Below are positions 19,492 through 29,524 of a stretch of 64,000 nucleotides of DNA, piece after piece (within the stretch, counting starts at the first letter, position 1; the number at the start of each line of letters is the position of its first letter). Where the stretch lies: contig CAVYGN010000001.1 in NCBI GenBank assembly GCA_963768055.1, positions 576,001-640,000 on the forward strand, in the 5' to 3' direction. Source of the stretch: an uncultured Spirochaetota bacterium. GTDB taxonomy: Bacteria > Spirochaetota > Brevinematia > Brevinematales > JAOACQ01. The notes beneath the pieces were generated by a model, which saw only the letters and a program-made list of their open reading frames with translations, searched no databases and was not told the origin of the DNA. A program made the translations under genes and the position numbers.

Positions 19492-21822
19492 ATGATAAAT
19501 TTTAGGTTTTTTATTACATTTTTATTTATACCCGCATTCTTGTTTCCATATCAGATAAAAGGCAGGGTATATAGAAGTGATAACCGCGAGGGAATAGCAG
19601 GGGCTATAATAATTTTAAAAACAGGTACAAACATATTATTAAATTCACTAAGTGATAGCGATGGTTCTTATGACTTGATGAACCTTGAAAAAGGAATCTA
19701 TTTATTAGAAATTAAAGCGGCTGGTTTTTATTCAGAAACCAGATCTCTTTTTGCTGACAGAGATATTGTGATAAATTTATTTCTGGTTCCAAATGATCTC
19801 TCGCTTGGAGAAGTAGATGTAAAAGGTCAGAAAATGGAAGGAGTGGTATCGGAAAACACTATCGATAAAAATATGCGTCAAAAAGCTTCTGTTTCCAGCA
19901 CTTCTGATCCGCTTTCTGTAATAACTTCAATGCCAGGGGTTGAAACTCTTAACAACCCAGGTTCTGAAGACACAACTAAATTTTCAGTAAGAGGCGGTAA
20001 CGGCAACGAGAATATCGCAATGCTTGACGAAGCGCTAATTAAATATCCTTATCATCATTATATGAACGATTCAGTATTCATCGATGATGTGGTAAATACT
20101 TTATCGATTTATAAAGGTGTTGTCCCTGCCGAATATGGTCAGGAAATGTCTTCTTTATTGCAGGTTAATTCCGATGAAGGGGCGCCCGGCTTTCATGGAA
20201 AAGTCGATTTAGGCCTTTTAAACAGTTCCATATCGCTAAATGGAGCCACTGCAGATCAAAAGCTGAGCTGGATAGGAGGAATCAGAAGAACTCAATGGGA
20301 TTTGATTCTTCCATTATTTTCCCAAGACAGAAACTCTACCATACAGATTCCCTATTATCTGGACTCGCATGGAAGGGTATTATATAAGACAGCGGATGAT
20401 ATTTTATCATTTGTCTGGCTTTATTCAGAAGAACCATCCTCTTTCTCGAATCTTTCTGGTCAGGGTGGTAATAATAACGCTTCTGGAGTCATGAATTATT
20501 ATGAAACAGTTTTAAATCTGGATTGGAAACATATTTTTAATAAAGAATTTTTCATGGAACAATCAATTGGAACAACCTGGGCTTATCAGCTGCAGAATAT
20601 GCAATCGCCGAATTCAACAAATTACAATGAAAATGATGAATTTGGGTTACGATACAAATTAGCAGCGGACTATTCGCCAAACGATTTGATTAATTTTAAA
20701 ATCGGCACTGAAATTCAATATTACCCGAAGGAGTATATAACAAATTATCTTTATGCCAGTTACACCAATCAAATTAATGGTCAGCAGGAATGGAGTAATT
20801 TTTCCCAGAACGGTTATTCCGGTGAGTTAGGAGTATATTCCGTATTTATTGATAATGAAACTTCAATTTTTGATAGCGGGTTTTATATACTGGATGGCCT
20901 GAGATTGAATTACGCTGATTATATCGGGAAATATTCATTTGACCCCAGAGGAACTTTGGGATATAAATTGGCAGAAAATGACAAGGTATATATTTCCGCC
21001 GGATATTTATCGGAATTCCCAACTGATCCAGGAACGCTGGAATATCTTGATACTAATGCCAATCTGAAAATCCCGGGATGCTGGCATTATGTAATCGGAA
21101 CCGAGTTAAATTTTCTCGGTTCAATAGATATTACACTTGAAGGATATTATAAAGAATACAATTACTATATCAGTTATGAATCCAATGCTGTCGTTAGTTA
21201 TGATACTTCAGGACAGAACAAGCATGTGTATGGGATTGATTTCCTTCTTGAAAAAAAACCGGATTCATTTCCGATTTATGGTTGGATCAGTATCAGCGGG
21301 TTTCTTTCTTCCAGTTACCGTTATGTTGGGATTGATCCGAATATGCCCTACGATACTGCCGGCGGGGGTTTCGGCGGGATGGGTTCACTCACTGTCGCCG
21401 GGCAATCCGCACAGCCGCCGGTCGATCAATGGTATAATGACGATGCATCAATGCCTTACAGATTAGATATAACTGCTATCTGGGATATTAATAAAAACTG
21501 GACGCTGACAACTGAGTTCGATTATCAGGCTGGTTCATACTATACACCGATTACCAATGCCGAAAAAATAGGCTCTTACTATGAACCCCTCTATGGGACG
21601 TATAATTCTGCAAGATACCCGGACCAGCAATCGCTTAACATTAAGGTGGAATACAGGACAATTTTGTTTGACCTGCCTTTCGGGATTTATGCGGAATGTT
21701 ATAATGTTTATAATTACCGCGCTATTACCGGATATTCTTATTCAGCGGATTATTCATCTGAAAATCCTGTCTATTCCGCATTAGGCATTTACGGAACTTG
21801 CGGCTTATGGATGAAATGGTAA
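19492..21822 (+). CDS. TonB-dependent receptor with carboxypeptidase-regulatory-like N-domain
   Basis: Signal peptide, IKGRV..GIAGA.I, plug motifs SVRGG..NEN and KGVVPAEYG, C-terminal W; start chosen by GAGG RBS. Confidence 0.85.
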   Translation: MINFRFFITFLFIPAFLFPYQIKGRVYRSDNREGIAGAIIILKTGTNILLNSLSDSDGSYDLMNLEKGIYLLEIKAAGFYSETRSLFADRDIVINLFLVPNDLSLGEVDVKGQKMEGVVSENTIDKNMRQKASVSSTSDPLSVITSMPGVETLNNPGSEDTTKFSVRGGNGNENIAMLDEALIKYPYHHYMNDSVFIDDVVNTLSIYKGVVPAEYGQEMSSLLQVNSDEGAPGFHGKVDLGLLNSSISLNGATADQKLSWIGGIRRTQWDLILPLFSQDRNSTIQIPYYLDSHGRVLYKTADDILSFVWLYSEEPSSFSNLSGQGGNNNASGVMNYYETVLNLDWKHIFNKEFFMEQSIGTTWAYQLQNMQSPNSTNYNENDEFGLRYKLAADYSPNDLINFKIGTEIQYYPKEYITNYLYASYTNQINGQQEWSNFSQNGYSGELGVYSVFIDNETSIFDSGFYILDGLRLNYADYIGKYSFDPRGTLGYKLAENDKVYISAGYLSEFPTDPGTLEYLDTNANLKIPGCWHYVIGTELNFLGSIDITLEGYYKEYNYYISYESNAVVSYDTSGQNKHVYGIDFLLEKKPDSFPIYGWISISGFLSSSYRYVGIDPNMPYDTAGGGFGGMGSLTVAGQSAQPPVDQWYNDDASMPYRLDITAIWDINKNWTLTTEFDYQAGSYYTPITNAEKIGSYYEPLYGTYNSARYPDQQSLNIKVEYRTILFDLPFGIYAECYNVYNYRAITGYSYSADYSSENPVYSALGIYGTCGLWMKW

Positions 21823-21860
21823 ATATTTCAAATATGTTTATAAAATGTTAGGAGGAAAAA

Positions 21861-22487
21861 ATGTTCGTCGGAAAATCAATCTGGGATATCCTTCAGATGG
21901 GCGGATTTACAATGACCGTTCTTCTGATCTGCTCGATAATATCTCTTTCATTCATACTTGAAAGGGTATTTCATCTCAGGAGCAAAACAAGGGTTAAAAG
22001 GCCTCCCTTTATGGCTAAAATCAAAAGTTATCTCGAAGGCAACAGCCTCCAGGGCACGTCTGCATACGCGGGAACCTTGATATCGCCTCTGGCCAGGGTT
22101 GTTCAGGCCGGGCTCCTTCTCAACGGAAAAGGCGATGAGAAAATAACAAACGCGATGGACAGGCAGATAAGCATTGAAATTAAAGAGCTTGAAAGATTTA
22201 CCGGCATCCTCGGTTCAATTGGAAGCACTGTAGTATATATCGGCCTGTTCGGTACGGTTATCGGCATTATAAGGGCATTCCAGGACATTGCTCTTTCAGC
22301 AGGCAGCGGGACAGGCATAGCCGGGGTTGTGGCCGGTATTGCAGAAGCCCTCATTACAACAGCCACAGGTATTCTTGTAGCGGTTCCGACAGTCATCGCC
22401 TATAACACTTTGATGAACAATATAGGCAATATCGCTACAGATATGGAGATCTGCGCTTCCGAGACCCTGGATTTATTAAGGAAATAA
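21861..22487 (+). CDS. exbB: MotA/TolQ/ExbB proton channel
   Basis: IGLFGTVIGII.AF; GIAEALITTA.G..VA.P. Confidence 0.9.
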   Translation: MFVGKSIWDILQMGGFTMTVLLICSIISLSFILERVFHLRSKTRVKRPPFMAKIKSYLEGNSLQGTSAYAGTLISPLARVVQAGLLLNGKGDEKITNAMDRQISIEIKELERFTGILGSIGSTVVYIGLFGTVIGIIRAFQDIALSAGSGTGIAGVVAGIAEALITTATGILVAVPTVIAYNTLMNNIGNIATDMEICASETLDLLRK

Positions 22488-22490
22488 ACT

Positions 22491-22913
22491 ATGATAAAAA
22501 AGAGATCGGAAAAAAGGAAATTGATGACCGATATAAATATTACGCCTTTTACCGACGTAGTGCTGGTTCTTTTGATCATATTTATTATCGCCACGCCCCT
22601 GATATACCAGGGGAAGATAAAGATCAACCTGCCGGAGACAAAGAGCACGAAGACCGAGGACAAGCCAATGAGGATGACTGTCCAGGTGACAGAACAGGGA
22701 TCTATATTTATTGACGACGTGGAATACAGCATGCCGGCCGATGCTGAAAAGATTAAAACGAAGATCCTGAATACAGTGGGAAACAGCGAAAATTCCGCAG
22801 TTGTCATAAACGGCGATAAAAACTGCAGGTACAGTACAATCATCGGCATAATAGATGCCATAAAGGAAATAGGTATAAAGAAGATCCTGCTCGGGACTGA
22901 AATTAAAAGATAG
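22491..22913 (+). CDS. exbD: ExbD/TolR protein
   Basis: INITPFTDVVLVLLIIFII. Confidence 0.9.
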   Translation: MIKKRSEKRKLMTDINITPFTDVVLVLLIIFIIATPLIYQGKIKINLPETKSTKTEDKPMRMTVQVTEQGSIFIDDVEYSMPADAEKIKTKILNTVGNSENSAVVINGDKNCRYSTIIGIIDAIKEIGIKKILLGTEIKR

Positions 22914-22926
22914 CCGGGGGAGAATT

Positions 22927-23493
22927 ATGAAAATGCTGCGTTTCGTAGGTATATCCGCCGTTCTTCACTTGCTTGTTCTGTTTGTGTTAATGTTAAAATT
23001 CCAGGCAGGTTTCATAATGACTAACGATACCTATGTCCAGCTTAACGATGAAAAACACTCGATAGATATGAAGACTCCCAAACCTTTTGTCATGGGCGAG
23101 GCGGCTAATAAAAAGATGAAGCCGGTTATCAACACGAACTTTCAGGAGCTTCAAAAAGAGGATAATGAAGATGCCGGCGGCGGCGGCCCATTGGATTTAA
23201 GCGGTTATGTCCCAAGTTATCAGGTCGAAGAACTCCCTATACCGCTATCTCCGATCAGTCCGAAATATCCCGAAGAGGCTCGAAGGACCGGCATCGAAGG
23301 CAAAGTACTTGTAATGCTGTATATCGATGAGCTTGGAAATGTAAAAAAAGTCGAAATCCAGAAATCCCCCAGCGATTTACTGTCGAAATCTGCTTTAGAA
23401 GCTGTATCGTCGACAAGGTTCAGACCGGCAAAAATTGGGGGAGCAGCCAGAGCGGTATGCATGCTTCTGACTCTGAAATTCCATCTGGAATAG
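22927..23493 (+). CDS. tonB: Energy transducer TonB
   Basis: N-terminal S..LH TM segment; PKYPEEARRTGIEGKV TonB_C. Confidence 0.9.
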   Translation: MKMLRFVGISAVLHLLVLFVLMLKFQAGFIMTNDTYVQLNDEKHSIDMKTPKPFVMGEAANKKMKPVINTNFQELQKEDNEDAGGGGPLDLSGYVPSYQVEELPIPLSPISPKYPEEARRTGIEGKVLVMLYIDELGNVKKVEIQKSPSDLLSKSALEAVSSTRFRPAKIGGAARAVCMLLTLKFHLE

Positions 23494-23526
23494 ATCAAAA
23501 ATCAATCCCGATATATCGAAATTGAT

Positions 23527-23795
23527 TCAGGCTTGCAATTCGAAAGACTCTTCGCTGATTTTTTCGAATTCCCCGTTTGTAAAGTCTTCGACAGTAAGGA
23601 TTTTCTTCCGGCCCCCAGGAGCGATCTTTTTAGTATGCCTCTCGAGGCGGGCCGTCCAGTTAATGCTGAACTTTTCAATCATTATAAAAGTATCGTCGTC
23701 GGTAAAATTCCCCTCGCCGGTTATATAGCAGGCAAAATTATCATACCATTCGAGCCTGAATTTTTTTATTTTTTCATCGAAGAAGACAATCCCCC
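23527..23795 (-). pseudogene. 5'-truncated gene fragment (possibly DUF1579-like)
   Basis: Open minus frame GIVFFDEKNKKFRLEWYDNF...ELQA*, cut at the start of the duplicated kinase tail. Confidence 0.4.
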
Positions 23796-23897
23796 CTTTC
23801 GGAGTCCGGAATCTTTCGGACGGAGTGGAGTTTTATTTCAGGCTGAAAATTTCATAGATTTCACTTATCATTCACAAATCGTTCACGATACTATCAC
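23793..23897 (+). repeat. Direct repeat copy 2 with four 11-bp-periodic TTCAC boxes
   Basis: TTCAC at 23860, 23871 and 23882, ATCAC at 23893; matches 18869-18963. Confidence 0.9.
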
Positions 23898-23919
23898 AAA
23901 TATGCGTTATAGTGCCGTT

Positions 23920-25113
23920 ATGAAAAAAATAATATCAATAATTTTTATTATTATCGCGGCCGGTTCTGTCGGCGGGTATATTCTTTTCAATTCAGGCAGG
24001 GCTAAAAATCCATATGAGATTGCGGAAATCGAAAGGGGAGACCTCTCCGAAAATATTTCCTGCACGGGAAACCTTAAACTGAGGAATTCCGTGGTTGTTA
24101 ATTTCAAGATATCCGGTACAGTTGCTGAGGTGATGGCCGATTTCAATCAAAGAATCAGGAAAGGACAGCCGCTGGCTTCCCTGGATAAAACCCTCCTGAA
24201 ACTGGCTGTTCAGACGGCGGAGGCGGGCCTTCATTCAGCACAGAACCAGATTGTCCAGGCTAAAAAAAACTATGAGGATACGAAATTCCTTTTCGATAAA
24301 AATTTCAAATCACAGTCAGACCTTGATACAGCGAAGATAAACCTTGATACGGCACAGATTAATTTGCAGACAAGCCAGATCAGCCTGGATAGCGCGAAAG
24401 CGAACCTTATGTTTGCGGTGATCTATTCGCCCATTGACGGCATCGTCATCGAACGGAATATCGAGGCAGGACAGTCAGTAGCAAGCAGCGAGTTTAACAC
24501 TGTCCTTATGACAAATTTTTTTCTTGCGAGCGACACAAGTAAAATACAGATTTTTGCTACAGTAGACGAAAACGATATTTCAAAAATCAAAAAAGGGCAG
24601 AAGGTCGTTTTTACCGTCCAGAGTTACCAGGATAAAACTTTTAAAGGCATTGTAAGCCAGATCCGCATGAAGCCCATTGTTTCGGATAATGTTGTTGTAT
24701 ATACCATTGTTATGGACGCTGATAATCAGGATAATTTGCTTATTCCCGGTATGACTGCAACATTGAACATTGAGACGGATAGCCGCAAGAACATCCTTAT
24801 GGTTCCTAATACAGCTCTTAAGTTCCAGCCGCCTATAGAAATATTTAGATTGCCACAAATAACCGGCGGGCAGGGAATGGCAGATCGTGATTTAGTCTGG
24901 ACTTATAATGAAAAAACAGGAAAAATCAGGTCTGTTTTTGTAAAAACCGGTCTGACCGACGGTCAGATGACAGAGATCTACTCTGAAGAATTAAAAGATG
25001 GCATGAAAGTCCTGACGGGGCTTTCAGTAGTTGTTAATAATACTAAAATCGGGTCTAAGAGCATATTGAATTCAGTCAGCGGTCCGGGCGGCGGACCTCC
25101 TCCAGGAATGTAG
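23920..25113 (+). CDS. MacA-like efflux periplasmic adaptor
   Basis: N-terminal TM; ISGTVAEV.ADFNQRIRKGQ; IYSPIDGIV; start at MKKII rather than the track start. Confidence 0.9.
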   Translation: MKKIISIIFIIIAAGSVGGYILFNSGRAKNPYEIAEIERGDLSENISCTGNLKLRNSVVVNFKISGTVAEVMADFNQRIRKGQPLASLDKTLLKLAVQTAEAGLHSAQNQIVQAKKNYEDTKFLFDKNFKSQSDLDTAKINLDTAQINLQTSQISLDSAKANLMFAVIYSPIDGIVIERNIEAGQSVASSEFNTVLMTNFFLASDTSKIQIFATVDENDISKIKKGQKVVFTVQSYQDKTFKGIVSQIRMKPIVSDNVVVYTIVMDADNQDNLLIPGMTATLNIETDSRKNILMVPNTALKFQPPIEIFRLPQITGGQGMADRDLVWTYNEKTGKIRSVFVKTGLTDGQMTEIYSEELKDGMKVLTGLSVVVNNTKIGSKSILNSVSGPGGGPPPGM

Positions 25114-25154
25114 GTAAAGGGAAATCTTGTTGACAATGAGATTGAAAGGAAAAT

Positions 25155-26375
25155 ATGGAATTATTAAATTTTTTTAGCACAGCAGTCCGGTCGATTTTAA
25201 GGAATAAGATGCGCAGCTTTCTCACAATGTTAGGCATAATTATAGGCATCTCATCTGTGATAGTGATGGTTTCTATAGGTGCCGGTGCACAACAGGAGAT
25301 AAAGGAGCAAATTTCAAGCATGGGTATAAACCTGATAACAGTATTCCCTGAAGCCTTCAGGAAGGGCGGAGTCAATCAGGGGGGAGGATCAGGTTCACAC
25401 CTGAAGTACAGCGATGTAAAAAAATTAAAAAAACAGGCCAGGCTTCTTTCGGGAGTATCACCGCTGATCCGGGCCGATGTCCAAGTGATTGGCGGCAAGG
25501 CTAACTGGAGTACGGTCATTTATGGGGTTTCCCCGGATTATCTGGCTATTCGCAGTATGAGTGTGTCTATGGGAAGTGTGTTGGCCGATAACGATTTGAA
25601 TGTCAATGCAAAGGTTTGTATTCTCGGCCAAACAGTCGCGACAAATTTATTCGGCAATACAAGTCCGGTTGGAAAAACGGTTCGGATAGGGCAGGTCCCG
25701 TTCCGGGTCATTGGAGTTTTTAGGCCAAAGGGATTTTCCGGCAGCGGGCAGGACCAGGATGATCTTGTTGTCGCACCTTATACAACAGTTCAGTACCGTC
25801 TGAGCCGTTTCCCTTTTCTCCAAATGATACTCTGTTCGAGTATATCCGGCGATAAAATGGAAGCTGCGCAGGCTGAAATAAGGTCTATTCTCCGCGAATC
25901 GCTTAAGATCCCCATAAGTTCTGATGACAGCTTCACTATACGTAGCCAAACAGAGGTCATATCAACGGCCACCCGGACTACAGGGGTTCTTGCAGTTTTT
26001 CTTGCCTCCATCGCGGGAATCTCACTACTTGTAGGCGGAATAGGCATCATGAATATTATGCTGGTTTCGGTAACAGAACGTACAAAGGAAATTGGGATAA
26101 GGCTTGCAGTTGGGGCCAGAAAAAAAGATATTCTCCTGCAGTTTCTTGTGGAAGCGGTGGTACTATGCCTGACAGGCGGTATTATAGGCATAGGGCTGGG
26201 TATAATAATTTCATTGATGGTCCGGGTATATATAGGATGGAATGTTGTCCTCCAGGCACATATAGTGATTCTGTCTTTCGCATTTTCATTCTTCGTGGGT
26301 ATCTTTTTCGGATTTTATCCAGCCAGGCGGGCATCAGCCTTAAATCCTATAGATGCATTGAGATATGAACCTTAA
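25155..26375 (+). CDS. MacB/FtsX-like ABC permease (no fused ATPase)
   Basis: RSFLTMLGIIIG; GIGIMNIMLVSVTERTKEIG; PIDALRYE. Confidence 0.95.
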   Translation: MELLNFFSTAVRSILRNKMRSFLTMLGIIIGISSVIVMVSIGAGAQQEIKEQISSMGINLITVFPEAFRKGGVNQGGGSGSHLKYSDVKKLKKQARLLSGVSPLIRADVQVIGGKANWSTVIYGVSPDYLAIRSMSVSMGSVLADNDLNVNAKVCILGQTVATNLFGNTSPVGKTVRIGQVPFRVIGVFRPKGFSGSGQDQDDLVVAPYTTVQYRLSRFPFLQMILCSSISGDKMEAAQAEIRSILRESLKIPISSDDSFTIRSQTEVISTATRTTGVLAVFLASIAGISLLVGGIGIMNIMLVSVTERTKEIGIRLAVGARKKDILLQFLVEAVVLCLTGGIIGIGLGIIISLMVRVYIGWNVVLQAHIVILSFAFSFFVGIFFGFYPARRASALNPIDALRYEP

Positions 26376-26506
26376 ATTATTATTACTCCAAGATTTTAGT
26401 AAGCTTAACTATATGCAAGCTACCCTTAACATTTTTAGTGTAATACCTGGCAATGAGTGGATTATGCCTTGCTGAAATTTAAGCCTTTTATAATAAGGAG
26501 ACATCT

Positions 26507-26752
26507 ATGAGGATTTTAATTGTGGAAGATGAAAGGGACACACAGGAAGATTTTTCAATTTCCCTGAAGCCAACAGGTTATGAGATTGTTGAAACCGATA
26601 ACCCGAAAATAGCCCTGGCTTTATATATTAAATAAGGCTTTGAGCTGGTTATTTTAGACATTAGTGTGCAAGATATGAGGGGAATCAAATTACTGTCTGA
26701 ACTGCATGAATTAAAGCGGGAAAAACCGGATAAGCTATTCGATAATGCTTAA
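26507..26752 (+). pseudogene. Receiver-domain pseudogene
   Basis: MRILIVEDE...ALYIK*GFELVILDI; in-frame TAA at 26633; AAGGAG RBS. Confidence 0.75.
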
Positions 26753-26773
26753 TAATAATGAAGGAGTTGACAA

Positions 26774-27058
26774 ATGAGTTCGAGGAAAACGATCGGAGTA
26801 AGTATTAGTAAAAGTTACTTTATCGCCTATATTGAATCGGATGGCATTCATAAAATAATGACATACCCCGATAATAAAAATGGTATTAATAGTTTTTTGG
26901 ATGAACTGGATGACAATACGGTTATCGGGATAGAAAGACGCGGCCGGTTCGGCGCTTTTATTAAATCGATCAAGCATCTGATAAAAGAATATATATTGCT
27001 TTGTCATGAAGATTTTATTAGTTTTATCAGCCTTACAGACAAAGAAATTAACGAATAG
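26774..27058 (+). pseudogene. Degenerate IS110-like DEDD N-terminal fragment
   Basis: TIGVSISK...YPDNKNGINSFL...VIGIE resembles the IS110 GxDxSK...E motif with the catalytic Asp replaced. Confidence 0.4.
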
Positions 27059-27069
27059 GAGAAGGAGAA

Positions 27070-27363
27070 ATGAGGAATTATGTTTTAATTTTAATCGCGA
27101 TGTTTACAATTAATCCGCTTTTTACTAAGCCGGTTTATTCAGAAGACAAAGACATTAAACTTGAAGATCATCAATCAAGCCTTAATGTGGATTTGATAAC
27201 TGTTCTTCAAAACCGTAAATCGACACGGGGGTTTACCGATAAGGAAATATCATTGAAAGATCTGTCCACAATCCTTTGGGCAGCAAATGGGATCAATCGT
27301 TATGATGGAAAAAGAACTGCTCCTTCACTAGGGCTCTTCCTCCCTCTGCTTTGCCTGCTATGA
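27070..27363 (+). pseudogene. Nitroreductase (SagB/ThcOx-like), 3'-truncated at a type B repeat
   Basis: LQNRKSTRGF..LSTILWAANG..KRTAPS, then reads into the repeat and stops. Confidence 0.8.
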
Positions 27364-27370
27364 GGGATGG
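27333..27370 (+). repeat. Intergenic repeat type B
   Basis: GCTCTTCCTCCCTCTGCTTTGCCTGCTATGAGGGATGG. Confidence 0.85.
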
Positions 27371-27398
27371 GGGCGAGGATTTAGAAAAAAGAGGTTAT

Positions 27399-28550
27399 AT
27401 GAAAAGAATAATGATTTTGTTTATTTCAGGGGTTTTGAGTTTAATAACTTTCGAGCAATTGATGTCCGAAGATTTCATTTTAATTAAAGCGAATTCATTT
27501 AAAGGAAGCGCATACGACATAGGATTTAAAGAGGGTAAAGAAGTTATAAAAAATGAACCATTCTTTAAACAAGTTTTAAAAGCCAGCGTATTTACAAAAG
27601 CAACAGAAAGCAATTTTAATGAGGTTTCCAGACTGCTGAAAGAATTCGATGAAGATATTTTAGCTGAAATGAAAGGATTTTCTGATGCTTCTGATATTCC
27701 TTTTGAGGATATTGTGGTTAAATTAAGCGGATGGGGTATTACTAAGCCTGCAATACCTCATGGGTGCACACAAATAGCTATTTTACCAAATAAGACGTTT
27801 AACCATCATTTATTAGTTGGAAGAAATTATGATTATTCAGCCGATAAAAATTTAACAGATTTTAGCCTGGTTTTACTATACCCAGATACCTTTAAGTCTT
27901 CCATCGGAACTTCTCAATTTATTTTTGGGCGAATTGAGGGAATGAATAAGGATGGCTTATATGCAGGAATGTCATTTGCTCATGGCATAGGCAGAAATGA
28001 GAATGGATTTTTCTTTCCAATTATTATTAGAATGATTCTTGATAAATGCAAAGATACTAAAGAAGCTCTTGTGCTCATTAAAAAGATTCCTCATTCCTGT
28101 GCCTATAATTATCTAATTGCAGATAAAAATAATGCAGTTGCGGTTGAGGTAAGCCCCCCTAAAATTGCAATCAGATATCCTGAAAATAGTCTAATCGTTG
28201 TTGTAAATCATTATATCAAAGATGAAATGAAAACAGAGCAAAAATGGTTGATGCCCAATTCACAGAATAGATATAAACTTGCGATATCAAAACTAAACAA
28301 GGTAATTAATCTGGATGATTTAAAAATATTTTTATCAAGTCCTATTCCTAAAGGAGTATGTCAAAATTATTATAAAGATTATCTTGGCACTCTTTGGTCT
28401 GCTGTATTTGATTTGACTGATAACAAGGTCTATTATTCTTTTGGATCACCATCCTTAAATAATTATAATATAATTGATTTTAAAAATGGTGAAATATTAA
28501 ACAAAACAATTAAAGGAATTTTACCTGAGAATGAGCCACTTACAAATTAA
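27399..28550 (+). CDS. C45 family peptidase/acyltransferase (Ntn hydrolase)
   Basis: GCT autoprocessing site; GRNYDY; EGMNKDGL; NH. Confidence 0.85.
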   Translation: MKRIMILFISGVLSLITFEQLMSEDFILIKANSFKGSAYDIGFKEGKEVIKNEPFFKQVLKASVFTKATESNFNEVSRLLKEFDEDILAEMKGFSDASDIPFEDIVVKLSGWGITKPAIPHGCTQIAILPNKTFNHHLLVGRNYDYSADKNLTDFSLVLLYPDTFKSSIGTSQFIFGRIEGMNKDGLYAGMSFAHGIGRNENGFFFPIIIRMILDKCKDTKEALVLIKKIPHSCAYNYLIADKNNAVAVEVSPPKIAIRYPENSLIVVVNHYIKDEMKTEQKWLMPNSQNRYKLAISKLNKVINLDDLKIFLSSPIPKGVCQNYYKDYLGTLWSAVFDLTDNKVYYSFGSPSLNNYNIIDFKNGEILNKTIKGILPENEPLTN

Positions 28551-28565
28551 TTTTCTTGTGGCATA

Positions 28566-28602
28566 GCTCTTCACCCTCTACTTTGCCTGCTATGAGGGAT
28601 GG
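28566..28602 (+). repeat. Intergenic repeat type B
   Basis: GCTCTTCACCCTCTACTTTGCCTGCTATGAGGGATGG. Confidence 0.85.
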
Positions 28603-28652
28603 AGAAGAAAAGAGATTATTGAAATATAGAGTTATTTTATGGAGGGAATACC

Positions 28653-28985
28653 ATGTCTGAATTTCCAGATATCATTAAAGAACTACCCAATGCCGATATC
28701 CCGATAGACGGCTTATACTCCTATTTATTTCAAGGTGAAAACAAGCAAATTGTCTTTATGAAATTTGAAAAGGATGCTTTTGTTCCAGAGCATAAACATG
28801 AGGCTCAATGGGGCATTGTCTTAGAAGGTGAAACAATATTAGAATTTGAAGACAAAAAATTACTTTTAAAAAAAAGTGATGAATATTATATTCCAAAAGG
28901 TAAATTGCATAGTGCAAGGATAAAAGCAGGATATAAAGATATTACATTATTCAATCAGAATGATAGATATAAAAAGAAAAAGTAA
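28653..28985 (+). CDS. Cupin domain protein
   Basis: PEHKHEAQWGIVLEG; YYIPKGKLH. Confidence 0.85.
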   Translation: MSEFPDIIKELPNADIPIDGLYSYLFQGENKQIVFMKFEKDAFVPEHKHEAQWGIVLEGETILEFEDKKLLLKKSDEYYIPKGKLHSARIKAGYKDITLFNQNDRYKKKK

Positions 28986-29002
28986 GCTTCTTCTTTATCT
29001 GC

Positions 29003-29091
29003 CTTCCTTTTCCAGCCTGCCCTCCCATTGTTCAGCATTGCCAGACAAATGAATTTTTTAATAAAAGCGCCGGGAGGGGATAGAATAAGGG
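29003..29091 (+). repeat. Intergenic repeat type A (long form)
   Basis: CCTTTTCCAGCCTGCC..TTCAGCATTGCCAGACAAATGAATTTTTTAATAAAAGCGCCGGGAGGGGATAGAATAAGG. Confidence 0.85.
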
Positions 29092-29112
29092 AATTACTGT
29101 AAGAAGGATAAA

Positions 29113-29463
29113 ATGAAAGATTTTCCTGATTTTATGAAGAATCCGAAAAATAAGATTAAACAAAGCTCTCAATTTACAAAAGACATTGAAGGCTTTGTTT
29201 TTGATGGCAAAGATGGTTCTCAAATGGCATTCTGGACTTCCTATGAAGATAGAGAATCGAAAGAGCACTGTCATAATTTCGATGAATATATGGTATGTAT
29301 TTATGGGCAATATAAAGTGAAAATGAATGGTGAAATTATAACCTTGAATCCTGGTGATGAATTATTTATCCCAAAAGGAACATTACAGAGCGGGGTATGT
29401 ATTAAAGGAACAAGGACTATTCATGCATTTGGTGCGAAAAGGGCTGAAAGGGAAGGAGAATAA
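29113..29463 (+). CDS. Cupin domain protein
   Basis: EHCHNFDEY; GDELFIPKG. Confidence 0.85.
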   Translation: MKDFPDFMKNPKNKIKQSSQFTKDIEGFVFDGKDGSQMAFWTSYEDRESKEHCHNFDEYMVCIYGQYKVKMNGEIITLNPGDELFIPKGTLQSGVCIKGTRTIHAFGAKRAEREGE

Positions 29464-29474
29464 TTTGTTTTAAA

Positions 29475-29508
29475 GCTCTTCCCCCTCTGCTTTGCCTATG
29501 AGGGATGG
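29475..29508 (+). repeat. Intergenic repeat type B
   Basis: GCTCTTCCCCCTCTGCTTTGCCTATGAGGGATGG. Confidence 0.85.
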
Positions 29509-29524
29509 GGAATAAGATTTCCGG

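Noticed and set aside
23533..23919. Long N-terminal extension of MacA as given in the ORF track
   Set aside because: It is the antisense of a truncated minus-strand gene plus the duplicated kinase tail; the signal-anchor starts at 23920.
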